26,257 nt of DNA from a bacterium (GCA_030697685.1 JAUYPF010000043.1:1-26257); one strand, 5' to 3'; shown: positions 1 through 9,117, numbered from the stretch's first letter. A program made the numbers and translations. The notes: generated by a model from the sequence alone, not told the origin.

Positions 1-994
1 TTTGACTATTTCCTAATAAAATTTCTAAATCAGAAATACCAAGTATTGCTACTTCAAAAGTGTCTTTATCTTTTCTTTTCAATGCAAGTCTGCTTGCTTC
101 ATAATAAGAATTCTTTGCAATTTTCCACTGTCCATATTGTGTGCTAATTCTTCCTAACAATAAAAGACTTGGACTGTGAGTGCTATCTTCTCCTAATGCT
201 ACGCGCACTTCCCGTAGTGCAAGGCTATAGTTTTTTACAGAAAATTGTTCTTCTGCCATACGAAATTTTTCTCTTGCTTTAAGATTAAATGGCCTATGTG
301 CAAGATCTGTAACAACATCGATAAGCTCTTTATGGCGTTGTTCTTGACCTTGGTTTAAGATATTGAGTTGTGTATGTATACCTTTAAGGATCATTCTGTG
401 TTTTTTTTGTTCGTAATGGATATCTGCAAGAGACTCATCCAAAGTATCAAAACCCCATTCAAGTGATCCAGAAATAGATCGTAAAAGAAATGTTTGTAAT
501 CGTAATTCATCATGGATCTCTTCTGTTTCTCCTAAAAGAGATGTTTGCACTCCAAGACTTAAGGAAGCTATCCCTACACCAAATTCCGCAATACTCTCTA
601 AATTCCCCAAGGATTCTGCTATGTCATAAAGCTCCTCAGTATTATCTCCTATTTTTCTAAGTTCTTCATTTCCTTCCTCATGTAAATGTTGTATATTCTC
701 TAAAGTAAAATTTGCTTTCCTTTGTAGTTCCTGAATCTCTTCTAAAGTATAATTCCCATCAGAGATCATTCCTCCAATATAATTCAAAGTATCCTCTAAA
801 CCTCCAAAGTCTATATTTACTTCAAACGGTCCAGGAGAATCAGAATAGGCATAAGAGCCAACATTTTCTTCATAGGTTTCTCGAATTGTTGCAATGTCTT
901 TACCAATATTTTTTACAAGAGCAGTTTGTTGATTGAGATCATAACTCTCTGGAAGTCTTTCACGAAGAAGAGATACTAAATTTTCATCTGCCAT
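1..994 (-). CDS. Hypothetical protein, C-terminus runs off the window start. Predicted N-terminus MADENLVSLLRERLPESYDLNQQ...
   Basis: Continuous minus-strand reading frame from an ATG (complement of 992-994) to position 1, with an in-frame stop just upstream. It is not in the ORF track because it has no in-window stop. No recognisable family. Confidence 0.5.
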   Translation of the reverse strand, partial: MADENLVSLLRERLPESYDLNQQTALVKNIGKDIATIRETYEENVGSYAYSDSPGPFEVNIDFGGLEDTLNYIGGMISDGNYTLEEIQELQRKANFTLENIQHLHEEGNEELRKIGDNTEELYDIAESLGNLESIAEFGVGIASLSLGVQTSLLGETEEIHDELRLQTFLLRSISGSLEWGFDTLDESLADIHYEQKKHRMILKGIHTQLNILNQGQEQRHKELIDVVTDLAHRPFNLKAREKFRMAEEQFSVKNYSLALREVRVALGEDSTHSPSLLLLGRISTQYGQWKIAKNSYYEASRLALKRKDKDTFEVAILGISDLEILLGNSQ

Positions 995-1108
995 GTTCAC
1001 TTATAAGGAATAACTCTTTTATTTAAGTATATCTTTTCTAACACACCACCAAAACCCTTATAAAGAAAGAAAAAAACCAAAAAGCTACTCGTAAACACTA
1101 CCTAGAGT

Positions 1109-1114
1109 AGGAGA
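1109..1114 (+). promoter_or_regulatory. Shine-Dalgarno-like GGAGAG 5 nt upstream of the L1 start
   Basis: GGAGAG is seen directly. Similar GGAGG motifs precede P1 (2639-2644) and ndk (22956-22961). Confidence 0.5.
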
Positions 1115-1119
1115 GCATT

Positions 1120-1785
1120 ATGGAAAAAAAAGAAATTTTAGAAGCAATACAACAACTGAAGAAAGATTCTCCAAAAAGAAATTTCTCTCAAAGTTATGAC
1201 TTTCTCGTAAAATTACAGCATTTTGATCCAAAAAAGAATGAGAATAAAGTGGATGTATTCGTTGCTTTGCCATATTCTCTAGGAAGAAAACAAACAGTTT
1301 GTGGCTTAGTCGGCGGTACTTTGTACAACGATGCAAAAGCAAATTGTGATCATACTATTGGCCAGGAAGAATTTAAATCAATGGCAGGCAATGCAAAAGA
1401 ATTAAAAAAGCTTGCACGAAAATATGATTTCTTTATCGCTCAGGCAGATATCATGGGGCCTATTGCAACTACTTTCGGAAGATACCTTGGTCCAAAAGGG
1501 AGAATGCCAAATCCAAAAGCAGGAGCAATTGTTCCTCCAAAGGGCTCTACAAAACCAATTGTAGAAAAATTACAAAAAACTGTTCGCTTAGCAATTAAAA
1601 ACAATGAGATGGCAGTGCGTTGCCCTATTGGAAAAGATTCAATGAAAGATGAAGAAGTCGCAGAGAATATTCTCACTGCATATACTTCTCTAGTCCAAGT
1701 TCTTCCCCAGCACGAACAAAACATCAAATTCATACTTCTCAAACTTACCATGAGCAAGGCTGTTGCCATAGGTGGCAAAAAATGA
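1120..1785 (+). CDS. rpl1: 50S ribosomal protein L1
   Basis: 221 aa with L1 family motifs (GPKGRMPNPKAGAIV and others). It overlaps the next gene in an ATGA start/stop, as in the L1-L10-L12 operon. Confidence 0.9.
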   Translation: MEKKEILEAIQQLKKDSPKRNFSQSYDFLVKLQHFDPKKNENKVDVFVALPYSLGRKQTVCGLVGGTLYNDAKANCDHTIGQEEFKSMAGNAKELKKLARKYDFFIAQADIMGPIATTFGRYLGPKGRMPNPKAGAIVPPKGSTKPIVEKLQKTVRLAIKNNEMAVRCPIGKDSMKDEEVAENILTAYTSLVQVLPQHEQNIKFILLKLTMSKAVAIGGKK

Positions 1786-2636
1786 ACAAGCCAAAAGCTT
1801 ATGTTAATGATGCAAAGAAGCAAGTAGTCAAATCCTTGTCAAAGCAAATTCAAGAATATCCTATTATTGGCCTTGTAGACATGGAAAATCTTCCTGCAAT
1901 GCAATTACAAAAAATGAAGAAATCCCTTCGTGGAAAAGTAGTGATTGCAATGGCAAAGAAGAGATTGATTAAACTGGCATTAAAACAATCTCCAAAAGGA
2001 TTAACAGAACTATCTGAGAGAATTCGTGGTATGCCTGCACTTATTTTCACAAAAGAAAATCCTTTCAAACTCTACAAAACTCTTTCAGCAAGCAAAAGCC
2101 CAGCACCTGCAAAAGCAGGACAGCATGCACCAAAAGATATTATTGTTCCAGCAGGAAAAACCAGCTTTGCCCCTGGGCCAATTATTGGAGAGCTTGGTCA
2201 ACTAGGTATCAAGGCTGGTATTGAAGATGGAAAAGTTGCAATTAAACAAGATAAAGTTCTTCTGAAAGAAGGAGAACTAGTAACAAAAAAAATTGCAGAA
2301 GTATTAACACGATTAAATATTCTTCCTATGGAAGTAGGTTTGAATATTGTTGCAGTTTTTGAGAATGGTATTATTTTCGATAGAAAAGTTCTTGAGATTG
2401 ATGACAAGATCTATCTTGCAAACCTCATTAAATCACATAATGAAGCAATGAACTTAGCTGTTAAAATTGGTTATATTTCAAAAGACACGATTAATGTACT
2501 ACTCAGCAAAGCACATAGAGAGGCAATGGCCCTTGCAGATGGAAAAGATATCCTGACAAGCGACAATGTCAACAAACTCTTGGCAAAAGCTGAAGCACAA
2601 GCAAATGCTTTAAAGAAAAAAGCACATATTGAATAG
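1782..2636 (+). CDS. rplP0: Ribosomal stalk protein P0 (L10 family, archaeal)
   Basis: 284 aa. The N-terminal L10 domain and an alanine/lysine-rich C-terminal tail are typical of archaeal P0. Position between L1 and P1 fits. Confidence 0.9.
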   Translation: MNKPKAYVNDAKKQVVKSLSKQIQEYPIIGLVDMENLPAMQLQKMKKSLRGKVVIAMAKKRLIKLALKQSPKGLTELSERIRGMPALIFTKENPFKLYKTLSASKSPAPAKAGQHAPKDIIVPAGKTSFAPGPIIGELGQLGIKAGIEDGKVAIKQDKVLLKEGELVTKKIAEVLTRLNILPMEVGLNIVAVFENGIIFDRKVLEIDDKIYLANLIKSHNEAMNLAVKIGYISKDTINVLLSKAHREAMALADGKDILTSDNVNKLLAKAEAQANALKKKAHIE

Positions 2637-2651
2637 TAGGAGGAAAACAAG

Positions 2652-2948
2652 ATGGAATATGTATATGCAAGCCTGCTTTTATTTCGAGCAAAAAAAGAAA
2701 TTAATGAAGCGAATGTAAAAAAAGTCTTAGAAGCTGCTGGAGTCAAGGTTGACGATGGAAGAGTGAAAGCTTTAGTTGCTGCACTTGATGGCGTAAACAT
2801 CGAACAAGCAATCAAAGAAGCTGTTGTTCCAATGGCTGCTGCACCAGTTGCACATGGCCATGCACCAGAAGCTAAGAAAGAAGAGAAGAAAGAAGAGAAA
2901 AAATCTGCTGAAGAATCCGTAGCTGGACTTGGGAGCTTGTTTGGATAA
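2652..2948 (+). CDS. rpl12: Ribosomal stalk protein P1 (archaeal L12)
   Basis: 98 aa. Acidic alanine-rich hinge, [10 protein letters not shown] region and the conserved C-terminal GLGSLFG tail. A GGAGGA Shine-Dalgarno sits 8 nt upstream. Confidence 0.9.
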   Translation: MEYVYASLLLFRAKKEINEANVKKVLEAAGVKVDDGRVKALVAALDGVNIEQAIKEAVVPMAAAPVAHGHAPEAKKEEKKEEKKSAEESVAGLGSLFG

Positions 2949-2951
2949 ACA

Positions 2952-2985
2952 ATTTGTTTTTTTTATTTGTTTTTCTTACTTTTCT
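2952..2985 (+). terminator. T-rich tract downstream of the stalk operon (archaeal oligo-T terminator candidate)
   Basis: Runs of T8 and T5 immediately after the rpl12 stop. The genome is AT-rich, so specificity is modest. Confidence 0.4.
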
Positions 2986-3058
2986 CGTCTCCAAAAGCTA
3001 TTTAAAGAGGAACTAATTTAACAATATCAAGACGCAAACAACGAACAGAGGATTTCTC

Positions 3059-3940
3059 ATGGGAGAGGAAAATACACAAGAACCAACACAGGATATTTCT
3101 AGCCTAAAGGCAAAATTAGATTTACTTAATTCTGAAAAGGAAAAATGGTTTGCAAGAAAAGAAGAACTCAAGCAAAAGATTGCCGATCTTATTAAAGAAG
3201 TCCGTGAAGTAAAAACAAAGAATGATTCATTTTCTAATTCTATTAAAGAACTCAAAGAAAAAAGAGATGCACAGAATGCAGATGTAAGGAGACTTATTGA
3301 TGAAATTAAAGAAATGAATAAGAAAAAGGACAATAAAGTTGTTTTGGATAAAAAAGACCCTATTGCCATAAAAAGACGTATAGAACAACTTACTACAAGA
3401 ATAGAAACAGCTGCAGTATCTTTTGATGATGAAAAGAAATGTATGAAAGAAATTAAACAGCTCAAAAAAGAGTTGGAGCTTGCAAAGTCTTTTATGGATG
3501 CAGGAAAAGCAGCAAGTGAAGTTTCTAAAAAAATTGATATTTCAAAAAATAAAGCCGAAGAATTCCATGCACAAATTTCTGGATTAGCAAAAGAAAATAA
3601 GGAATCCTATAAAGAATTTACAAGATTATCAAAAGAAATTAATCGAGTAAAAAAAGAACAAGAAGATGCTTTTGACAAATTTATAAAATTTAAACAAGAG
3701 TTTTCTGAAGTAAATAAAGGCTTCAAAGATGAAATTAAGAAAGTAAATGTAAATCAAAGAGATCATAAACAAGTCCAAAAGAAGCGAAAAGAAAGAGCTG
3801 TCAGTGAAAGAAAAGAACTGGATCACAGAAAAATTGAAGAGAAGAAAGTAAAAGTTGAAGAAAAAATAAAGAGTAAAGGAAAGAAAATTCTAACAACAGA
3901 AGATCTCATTGCATTCCAAGCTAGCGAAGAAGAGAAATAA
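3059..3940 (+). CDS. Lys/Glu-rich coiled-coil protein, function unknown
   Basis: 293 aa, extreme K/E content with heptad-like periodicity throughout and no enzymatic motifs. Its stop abuts the stop of the convergent membrane gene. Confidence 0.5.
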   Translation: MGEENTQEPTQDISSLKAKLDLLNSEKEKWFARKEELKQKIADLIKEVREVKTKNDSFSNSIKELKEKRDAQNADVRRLIDEIKEMNKKKDNKVVLDKKDPIAIKRRIEQLTTRIETAAVSFDDEKKCMKEIKQLKKELELAKSFMDAGKAASEVSKKIDISKNKAEEFHAQISGLAKENKESYKEFTRLSKEINRVKKEQEDAFDKFIKFKQEFSEVNKGFKDEIKKVNVNQRDHKQVQKKRKERAVSERKELDHRKIEEKKVKVEEKIKSKGKKILTTEDLIAFQASEEEK

Positions 3941-4444
3941 TTACTTCTTCACAATTTCTTGAACATCACTCCAAATAGGAATAGTTTTAACTTTATATTT
4001 TTCTACAAGCAAAATCCACACTCCTGCAACAAAAATTGTTGATACAAGATGCCAAAATAAAATATGCACTGCATCAAAATAGTTATTCCCATAGTTAATA
4101 TAAACGAAAATGAGTACTAATATTCGTACTATATTCAAAGAAAAAATAAAAATACTTCCTAAAAAAAACATTTTCAGTCCTTGAAGAAAAGAAATACCTC
4201 TAGTAAGAAGAAGTAATTCTAAAAGCAGTACATATGCCAATGTTGCAGCACATGCAGGGATAAAAGAAAAACTCACCTCTGCAAATTGCACGCTCATTCC
4301 ATATATTTGTACATCATAAAAAATTTGTAAAAGAAAATAACTCACATAAAAAGTAATAGGTAAGAAAAATAAAGAAAACAATCCGCTGCTTAATCCAACA
4401 AGCAAAGCGAAACTATAACGAATAAGAATGGATTTCATAAGCAT
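3941..4444 (-). CDS. Short exosortase/archaeosortase-family membrane protein (putative)
   Basis: 167 aa, about 5 TM helices. Cys in a TM helix (FIPACAATLAY), Asn-x-x-Arg-Ile (SLNIVRILVL) and a later His (FWHLV) match the Cys/Arg/His signature of exosortase/archaeosortase transpeptidases. Recognised by motif order only. Confidence 0.45.
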   Translation of the reverse strand: MLMKSILIRYSFALLVGLSSGLFSLFFLPITFYVSYFLLQIFYDVQIYGMSVQFAEVSFSFIPACAATLAYVLLLELLLLTRGISFLQGLKMFFLGSIFIFSLNIVRILVLIFVYINYGNNYFDAVHILFWHLVSTIFVAGVWILLVEKYKVKTIPIWSDVQEIVKK

Positions 4445-5490
4445 ATTTTAGGGGGATGTTTTAGAAGTTCATCAATAATTGTTATGCCAGATAAAATGTC
4501 TTTACTATTTACAATCCCAATGCCGCTATGCACATTTCTTACAGGAACTCCCAATACTGTGGTTGGAATTCCTCCTTTTGAAAGAGAAATATACAAAGCA
4601 TCTGTTGTTCCGAAATCACTAACCCCTGGTTGTAAACCTAGTTTTTTCTTTTTAGCAATATCCTTAATATTGTTATTTAAACAGCTATTAGAAAGTGTCT
4701 GCGAATCCATAATAGAAAGTACAGGACCTTTTCCTAATGCTCGTGTCATATCACCGCCTATATCATTGGCATCAAGTACATCAATGACAAGCGCCCACTC
4801 AGGATTAAGATTATATACAGAAGTCTTTGCTCCATACAAGCCAACTTCTTCTTGTACTGTAAACACAAAATAAATTTCTCCAGGATATTTTTTTACTTTT
4901 TTAATCAATTCCAGAAGTATAAAACAACCAACTCTATCATCAGCCGCCTTTCCCATAATATAATCTTTTGATCCTAAATAATGAGCTCTTTTTTCAAATT
5001 CAACAAATGTTCCAACTTCAACACCTATTTTCTGTAATTCAATTTTACTCAGCCCTGTATCCACAAATAAGTCTTCTTTTTTTGGAAGTTCTGTTATTGT
5101 TTCTCCAGAGCTAAGTTTTGAAGTAGAAATAATCCCCATAATTGTTTTTTTTCCATTAACTGGAATGAGAACTTTTTGATTAAGACATGCAAGTGTATCA
5201 ATGCCACCTATAGGAGAAATTTTAAGAGTCCCATCTACATTAATTTTATTTACCATAAGTCCAACTTCATCCATGTGTGCAACAAGCATCACACTTTGTC
5301 CTTTCCCTTTCTTATGCACAATTAAATTTCCGAACTTATCTACTTGCATATCTTTACAATAAGGCTTAATTTTTTTCATAAGATATGAACGAATAGCACT
5401 TTCATGTCCACTTGTAGAAAGAACATTCATTAGGGAAATCAACTCTTCCATAGGATTATATAAAGAAATAATCCTTATAAACTTTTGCAA
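4435..5490 (-). CDS. M42 family (TET/FrvX-like) aminopeptidase
   Basis: 351 aa with motifs typical of M42 peptidases (HMDEVGLMV, GKAADDRVGC, QEEVGLYGA). The true start may be the internal Met at 5451 (MEELISLMN...). Confidence 0.85.
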   Translation of the reverse strand: MQKFIRIISLYNPMEELISLMNVLSTSGHESAIRSYLMKKIKPYCKDMQVDKFGNLIVHKKGKGQSVMLVAHMDEVGLMVNKINVDGTLKISPIGGIDTLACLNQKVLIPVNGKKTIMGIISTSKLSSGETITELPKKEDLFVDTGLSKIELQKIGVEVGTFVEFEKRAHYLGSKDYIMGKAADDRVGCFILLELIKKVKKYPGEIYFVFTVQEEVGLYGAKTSVYNLNPEWALVIDVLDANDIGGDMTRALGKGPVLSIMDSQTLSNSCLNNNIKDIAKKKKLGLQPGVSDFGTTDALYISLSKGGIPTTVLGVPVRNVHSGIGIVNSKDILSGITIIDELLKHPPKICL

Positions 5491-6525
5491 ACTTTTTTAA
5501 ATACTGCCTTTAAACTGAAGTGTATGCATATACACAAAGCTTATTTCCAAGAGCCTACGAAAGGAGAAATTTCTCAATACACAAGAAGAGAAGCACAGAA
5601 TAATCTTGTAGATAGAATTAGTTCACTCGGAGAACAAGAACATATTTTAATAAATAGAATACTCATTCCTGAAAATTATAATAATAGCTGGCATTTTCTT
5701 CGTCATGGAGACAGAGTACATCTCAGATTTAGAGATCTTATTCAAAGATCAATAAGTAAAAGAAACGCAGCTGTTCCTGTAGATCTTCGTATCAGAGAGT
5801 TTGATGCTTTAAAAGAAAAAGCAGGTGCTTTCTCAGGCTATGACTATACACCTTTAGATATAAAACCATATAACCATCAAGATACAAGAACACGAAGAGT
5901 CAGCCTTGTTGAATGTCTCGAGGGTGCAAGGATCTATGCCTATACACACCAAGTGCCTATGCCACCTATTGAAGTGGAGCAATATACAGATGCAAAAGCA
6001 GTAGAAAAAGATGGGGCATTTTTTCATGTACATGTCCCGAGTAGAATCAAAGGACAGGGAAGATACCGCTTTAATCTTACTTCAGTTCCTATACGAGATA
6101 ATCTCAATAAATGGAGCATTGCCTGGGCAACTGCAAGTGAAGGACATGATTGTCTTCGAGGGATGTACATGGGCATTCGTTATGCACAAAAAGAAGACTC
6201 ACAGATATTTAATTGGTGTGCACATGAAATAGCTGCATACATTGCAACGATGAATAAGATGAATCACCGAGGAACGCGAACACCTTTACAAATGTCACAA
6301 ATTGCTTTACCAACACAATTAACAGTTAACTTTTACAAACGCCTTTGCGATAGTGTTCTTATTAACGATGCCAAAGTTGGAGAAAAAGAAAATATTCGAG
6401 TACTCAATAAAGCAGAGCAAGAATATCTCCTTTGGGGTCTGGTACATAAAAAAGGTCATAATCCAACATTTTTTGCAGAAGCAAATCTAAAAAATTATGA
6501 TTGGAAACTTAGGCACTTGGTTTGA
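5485..6525 (+). CDS. Hypothetical protein with atypical composition. Its 3' end carries the 43-bp repeat copy 1.
   Basis: 346 aa, rich in R/H/Q/T/G. This contrasts with neighbours rich in K/I/N/E. A likely start is Met at 5524. No confident family. The C-terminal HKKGHNPTFFAEANLKNYDWKL is vaguely reminiscent of the GH...Y box of tyrosine recombinases, not established. Confidence 0.55.
   Translation: MQTFLNTAFKLKCMHIHKAYFQEPTKGEISQYTRREAQNNLVDRISSLGEQEHILINRILIPENYNNSWHFLRHGDRVHLRFRDLIQRSISKRNAAVPVDLRIREFDALKEKAGAFSGYDYTPLDIKPYNHQDTRTRRVSLVECLEGARIYAYTHQVPMPPIEVEQYTDAKAVEKDGAFFHVHVPSRIKGQGRYRFNLTSVPIRDNLNKWSIAWATASEGHDCLRGMYMGIRYAQKEDSQIFNWCAHEIAAYIATMNKMNHRGTRTPLQMSQIALPTQLTVNFYKRLCDSVLINDAKVGEKENIRVLNKAEQEYLLWGLVHKKGHNPTFFAEANLKNYDWKLRHLV
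6470..6512 (+). repeat. 43-bp perfect direct repeat, copy 1 (inside the 3' coding end of 5485..6525)
   Basis: TTTTTGCAGAAGCAAATCTAAAAAATTATGATTGGAAACTTAG is identical to 9066-9108. Confidence 0.85.
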
Positions 6526-6600
6526 GAACATCGTTTTAATCTATAGTTTGTTGTATGTATTTTTTTAGTTTTAAATTTGGTGAAGTTTAGGTATTAATCC

Positions 6601-7647
6601 TTACCGTAACAATCCTGAAAACTTGACTAAATATTCAGCCATGTTAAATTTTTCTATAGATGGAAAATCACTAAACACTTGTACTTCTACAACACGAGGA
6701 CGCTCAAATATTTCATCAAACATGATATCTACACCTAATAAATTATAATTTAGTGCATGGGCAGTTTTCTTGGCAATCTCACGCATATTCATCAATGATG
6801 TATGAGGTAATAGCGACAAAGGGTGATGTTTAACATTCCCTCCTTGCGAAAAATTTGTTAAAATATTTTCTAAAGTATTAAATCGTGTAAAAAAATGAGG
6901 CACAATACCATTGACCACATACGCACGTACATCAAATTTACATCCCTCTTTGAGCAGAGGTGTTTTTATTTCTTTCTCAATAATTACTTCTCCTTCCAAA
7001 ATTTGTTGAAGTAATTCACTTCTATTAGTAATATCTGTAAATGGCCATCTTTCATTTTTCTCATAATTATTTAATTTATTATTCCCAACCTTATAATTAG
7101 TAAACCATCCTGATGCACCAAGATAGGTAATGCCTTTGCCTTCCGCACCATAGCGACATTTTACAAAAACGCCACGTTCTGATGAAATATGTTCTAAAAC
7201 ATTTAATATATTTCTATCTAAAATTTGTTCTGTAGTAGATATATTATTATATTGTAACGCTTTCACAACTTTAATCTTATCACGATCAAATGCTGCTTGT
7301 TGTGGTGTAATAATATACTCCAATCGTTCCTCATGGTATGCTTGACATAGTGATTCGTGTACTCCCTTAAAAAAATTATCAAGATTTTTGTAAATCAGAA
7401 AAGATGTACCATATAATGATCCATCTTTAGGCACTTCACATTCCTTATTCCAGAACGTATATGGAAAAAATAATAGAATAGTGATTTTCTCTTTGGAAAA
7501 ATGAGGCAATGTATCACCATACTCACAATGCTTCACTTCAAAACCTATTTTCTGAGCAAATTCATACACACTCAGTGCGTTTCGGTTTGTATACTGCGTA
7601 TCACCTTTTCCTAAAAGGAACAATCCTTTATCCATTGAATGTAGCAT
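6601..7647 (-). CDS. ATP-grasp family ligase (TTL / YheC-YheD-like)
   Basis: 348 aa. VFVKCRYGAEGKGITYL resembles the ATP-grasp central Gly-rich segment. C-terminal LLGVDIMFDEIFERPRVVEVQVFSDF matches the fELfGfDfmiD...EvN..P motif of TTL-like ATP-grasp enzymes. Confidence 0.6.
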   Translation of the reverse strand: MLHSMDKGLFLLGKGDTQYTNRNALSVYEFAQKIGFEVKHCEYGDTLPHFSKEKITILLFFPYTFWNKECEVPKDGSLYGTSFLIYKNLDNFFKGVHESLCQAYHEERLEYIITPQQAAFDRDKIKVVKALQYNNISTTEQILDRNILNVLEHISSERGVFVKCRYGAEGKGITYLGASGWFTNYKVGNNKLNNYEKNERWPFTDITNRSELLQQILEGEVIIEKEIKTPLLKEGCKFDVRAYVVNGIVPHFFTRFNTLENILTNFSQGGNVKHHPLSLLPHTSLMNMREIAKKTAHALNYNLLGVDIMFDEIFERPRVVEVQVFSDFPSIEKFNMAEYLVKFSGLLR

Positions 7648-7801
7648 CTTTTCTTAAAATCCTCAAGAAGTCTCCGAAAAAACTAAATCAATGATTAGAC
7701 AGGTTGCCAGTTCAACGTTTTTAAAATAAAAATCTTTTCTTTTGTGAAAATCCAATATAAATTTATTATGCTCTTCTGTCATTTTTTATATATCCTTTAA
7801 T

Positions 7802-8815
7802 TTACTCAATCTTACTCCCATTAAGAACATCCTGTGGCTTGTATTTTTCCCAGTCTTCTTTTTGCGGATCAAGAATCGCTTTTTTAATGGCCATTCCTAA
7901 ATCACCACAATTGCCAATGCTTCGTAACCCATTATTTTGTGCAATCATAGAGAGGACGGGATATATTTGTTGGCTATAAATTTTTGTTGATGTAATTGGT
8001 ACGAGACCAGGATAGCCATACAAGCTAATATGTACTCTTCCCTCTTCTAAATAGTAAGGTTGTGAATATGTTGTTGGTCGAATAGTTTCAATAGGATTTG
8101 GAAAATCAACGGAAAGATCAAGAATAATTAAATGTGGTGATGCTTTCTTGAGATGTTTTTTTGTGACAATATATTCGCGTCTGACACGAGCACTATCTGG
8201 CCAGGAAATACCATTAATCAACAAATCTAGGTCTTCGAGATGATGTTCAATGTATTTAAATTCCGACTTACGTAGAATCTTTGTCTCAATTCCTAGTCGA
8301 TGGCACGCTTTTAATGCTCCAGTTGAAACATTTCCATATCCTAGAACAAGCGCTTTCATGTCCCAAGGCATCTTTTGGCTATGTCTCAGAGCATAATAAA
8401 CCCCTATTTCCCCTGTAATTCCTGTTTGATTAATGATTCGATGATTTTTTTCATCACGAATATTTTCCAACTCAACTATGATAAGATTTTGTAACCCAGC
8501 ATAATAAATTCTTTCATGGTTTTGTTCACTGTGCATCATACATATAAGAATTTTTTTATTCATCAGCGTAAACTCCTCCGTTGATGGCGCTTTGAGTTTA
8601 ACAATCATATCGATATTTTCATACATTCTACGTGCATCACTCATAATTTGTGCGCCACTTTTCACATATTGTTCATCAGAAATGTGTACACCCTCACCTG
8701 CTCCCATTTCCACAAAAACATCATGCCCTTCTTCCACTAACTTCTGTATAGCATCTGGCATTACCGCCACACGTTTTTCTAATGGATACCTTTCTTTTGA
8801 TACTGCAATTCTCAT
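7802..8815 (-). CDS. AlaDH/PNT-family NAD(P)-dependent dehydrogenase (N5-carboxyethyl-ornithine synthase / saccharopine dehydrogenase-like)
   Basis: 337 aa. N-terminus MRIAVSKERYPLEKRVAVMPDAIQKLVEEGHDVFVEMGAGEGVHISDEQYVKSGAQI aligns by eye to the alanine dehydrogenase N-terminal domain. A Rossmann-like LVLGYGNVSTGALKACHRLG segment follows. It is too short and divergent for a canonical alanine dehydrogenase. Confidence 0.75.
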   Translation of the reverse strand: MRIAVSKERYPLEKRVAVMPDAIQKLVEEGHDVFVEMGAGEGVHISDEQYVKSGAQIMSDARRMYENIDMIVKLKAPSTEEFTLMNKKILICMMHSEQNHERIYYAGLQNLIIVELENIRDEKNHRIINQTGITGEIGVYYALRHSQKMPWDMKALVLGYGNVSTGALKACHRLGIETKILRKSEFKYIEHHLEDLDLLINGISWPDSARVRREYIVTKKHLKKASPHLIILDLSVDFPNPIETIRPTTYSQPYYLEEGRVHISLYGYPGLVPITSTKIYSQQIYPVLSMIAQNNGLRSIGNCGDLGMAIKKAILDPQKEDWEKYKPQDVLNGSKIE

Positions 8816-9065
8816 TATTTTTTAGGCAGAGAAAGGTCTTATATAAACTTAATGGAACTAACAGTATTTCCTAGTGATGCATTCTTTTAAATTTTTTAGG
8901 TGGTATTTCATCTATTCAGTTCACTATTCTTCCTTCAAGTTCCATATATTTGACCAACAAAACACACTACTAGACAGAGCCTTTCATTTGTTTTTCATAG
9001 GATGTTCGAGCAATGAATTACAGATTTTTTGCATTTCGATGATGTATTCCTTGAAATTGACCTGA

Positions 9066-9108
9066 TTTTTGCAGAAGCAAATCTAAAAAATTATGATTGG
9101 AAACTTAG
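9066..9108 (+). repeat. 43-bp perfect direct repeat, copy 2 (detached gene tail)
   Basis: Identical to 6470-6512. The same reading frame continues to a stop at 9119-9121 and encodes FAEANLKNYDWKLRHLH. Copy 1 encodes ...RHLV. Confidence 0.85.
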
Positions 9109-9117
9109 ACATCTTCA

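Noticed and set aside
1118-2815. Several 60-130 aa ORFs antisense to the ribosomal protein genes (for example 1118..1342, 1440..1823, 1850..2068, 2198..2407, 2471..2815 on the minus strand)
   Set aside because: All lie inside confidently identified ribosomal protein genes on the opposite strand. Antisense artefacts.
5485-6525. Calling this gene an SSV-type integrase outright
   Set aside because: Only a weak C-terminal GH...Y resemblance and no clear R/HxxR boxes. The second repeat copy is not in a tRNA gene. Kept as a hypothesis in findings, not as a feature call.
8874-9065. 63-aa plus-strand ORF ending exactly at the repeat boundary
   Set aside because: Phe/Tyr/Ser-rich low-complexity translation in an AT-rich promoter region. 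No motifs. Probably not coding, though it does sit in the cassette's promoter region.
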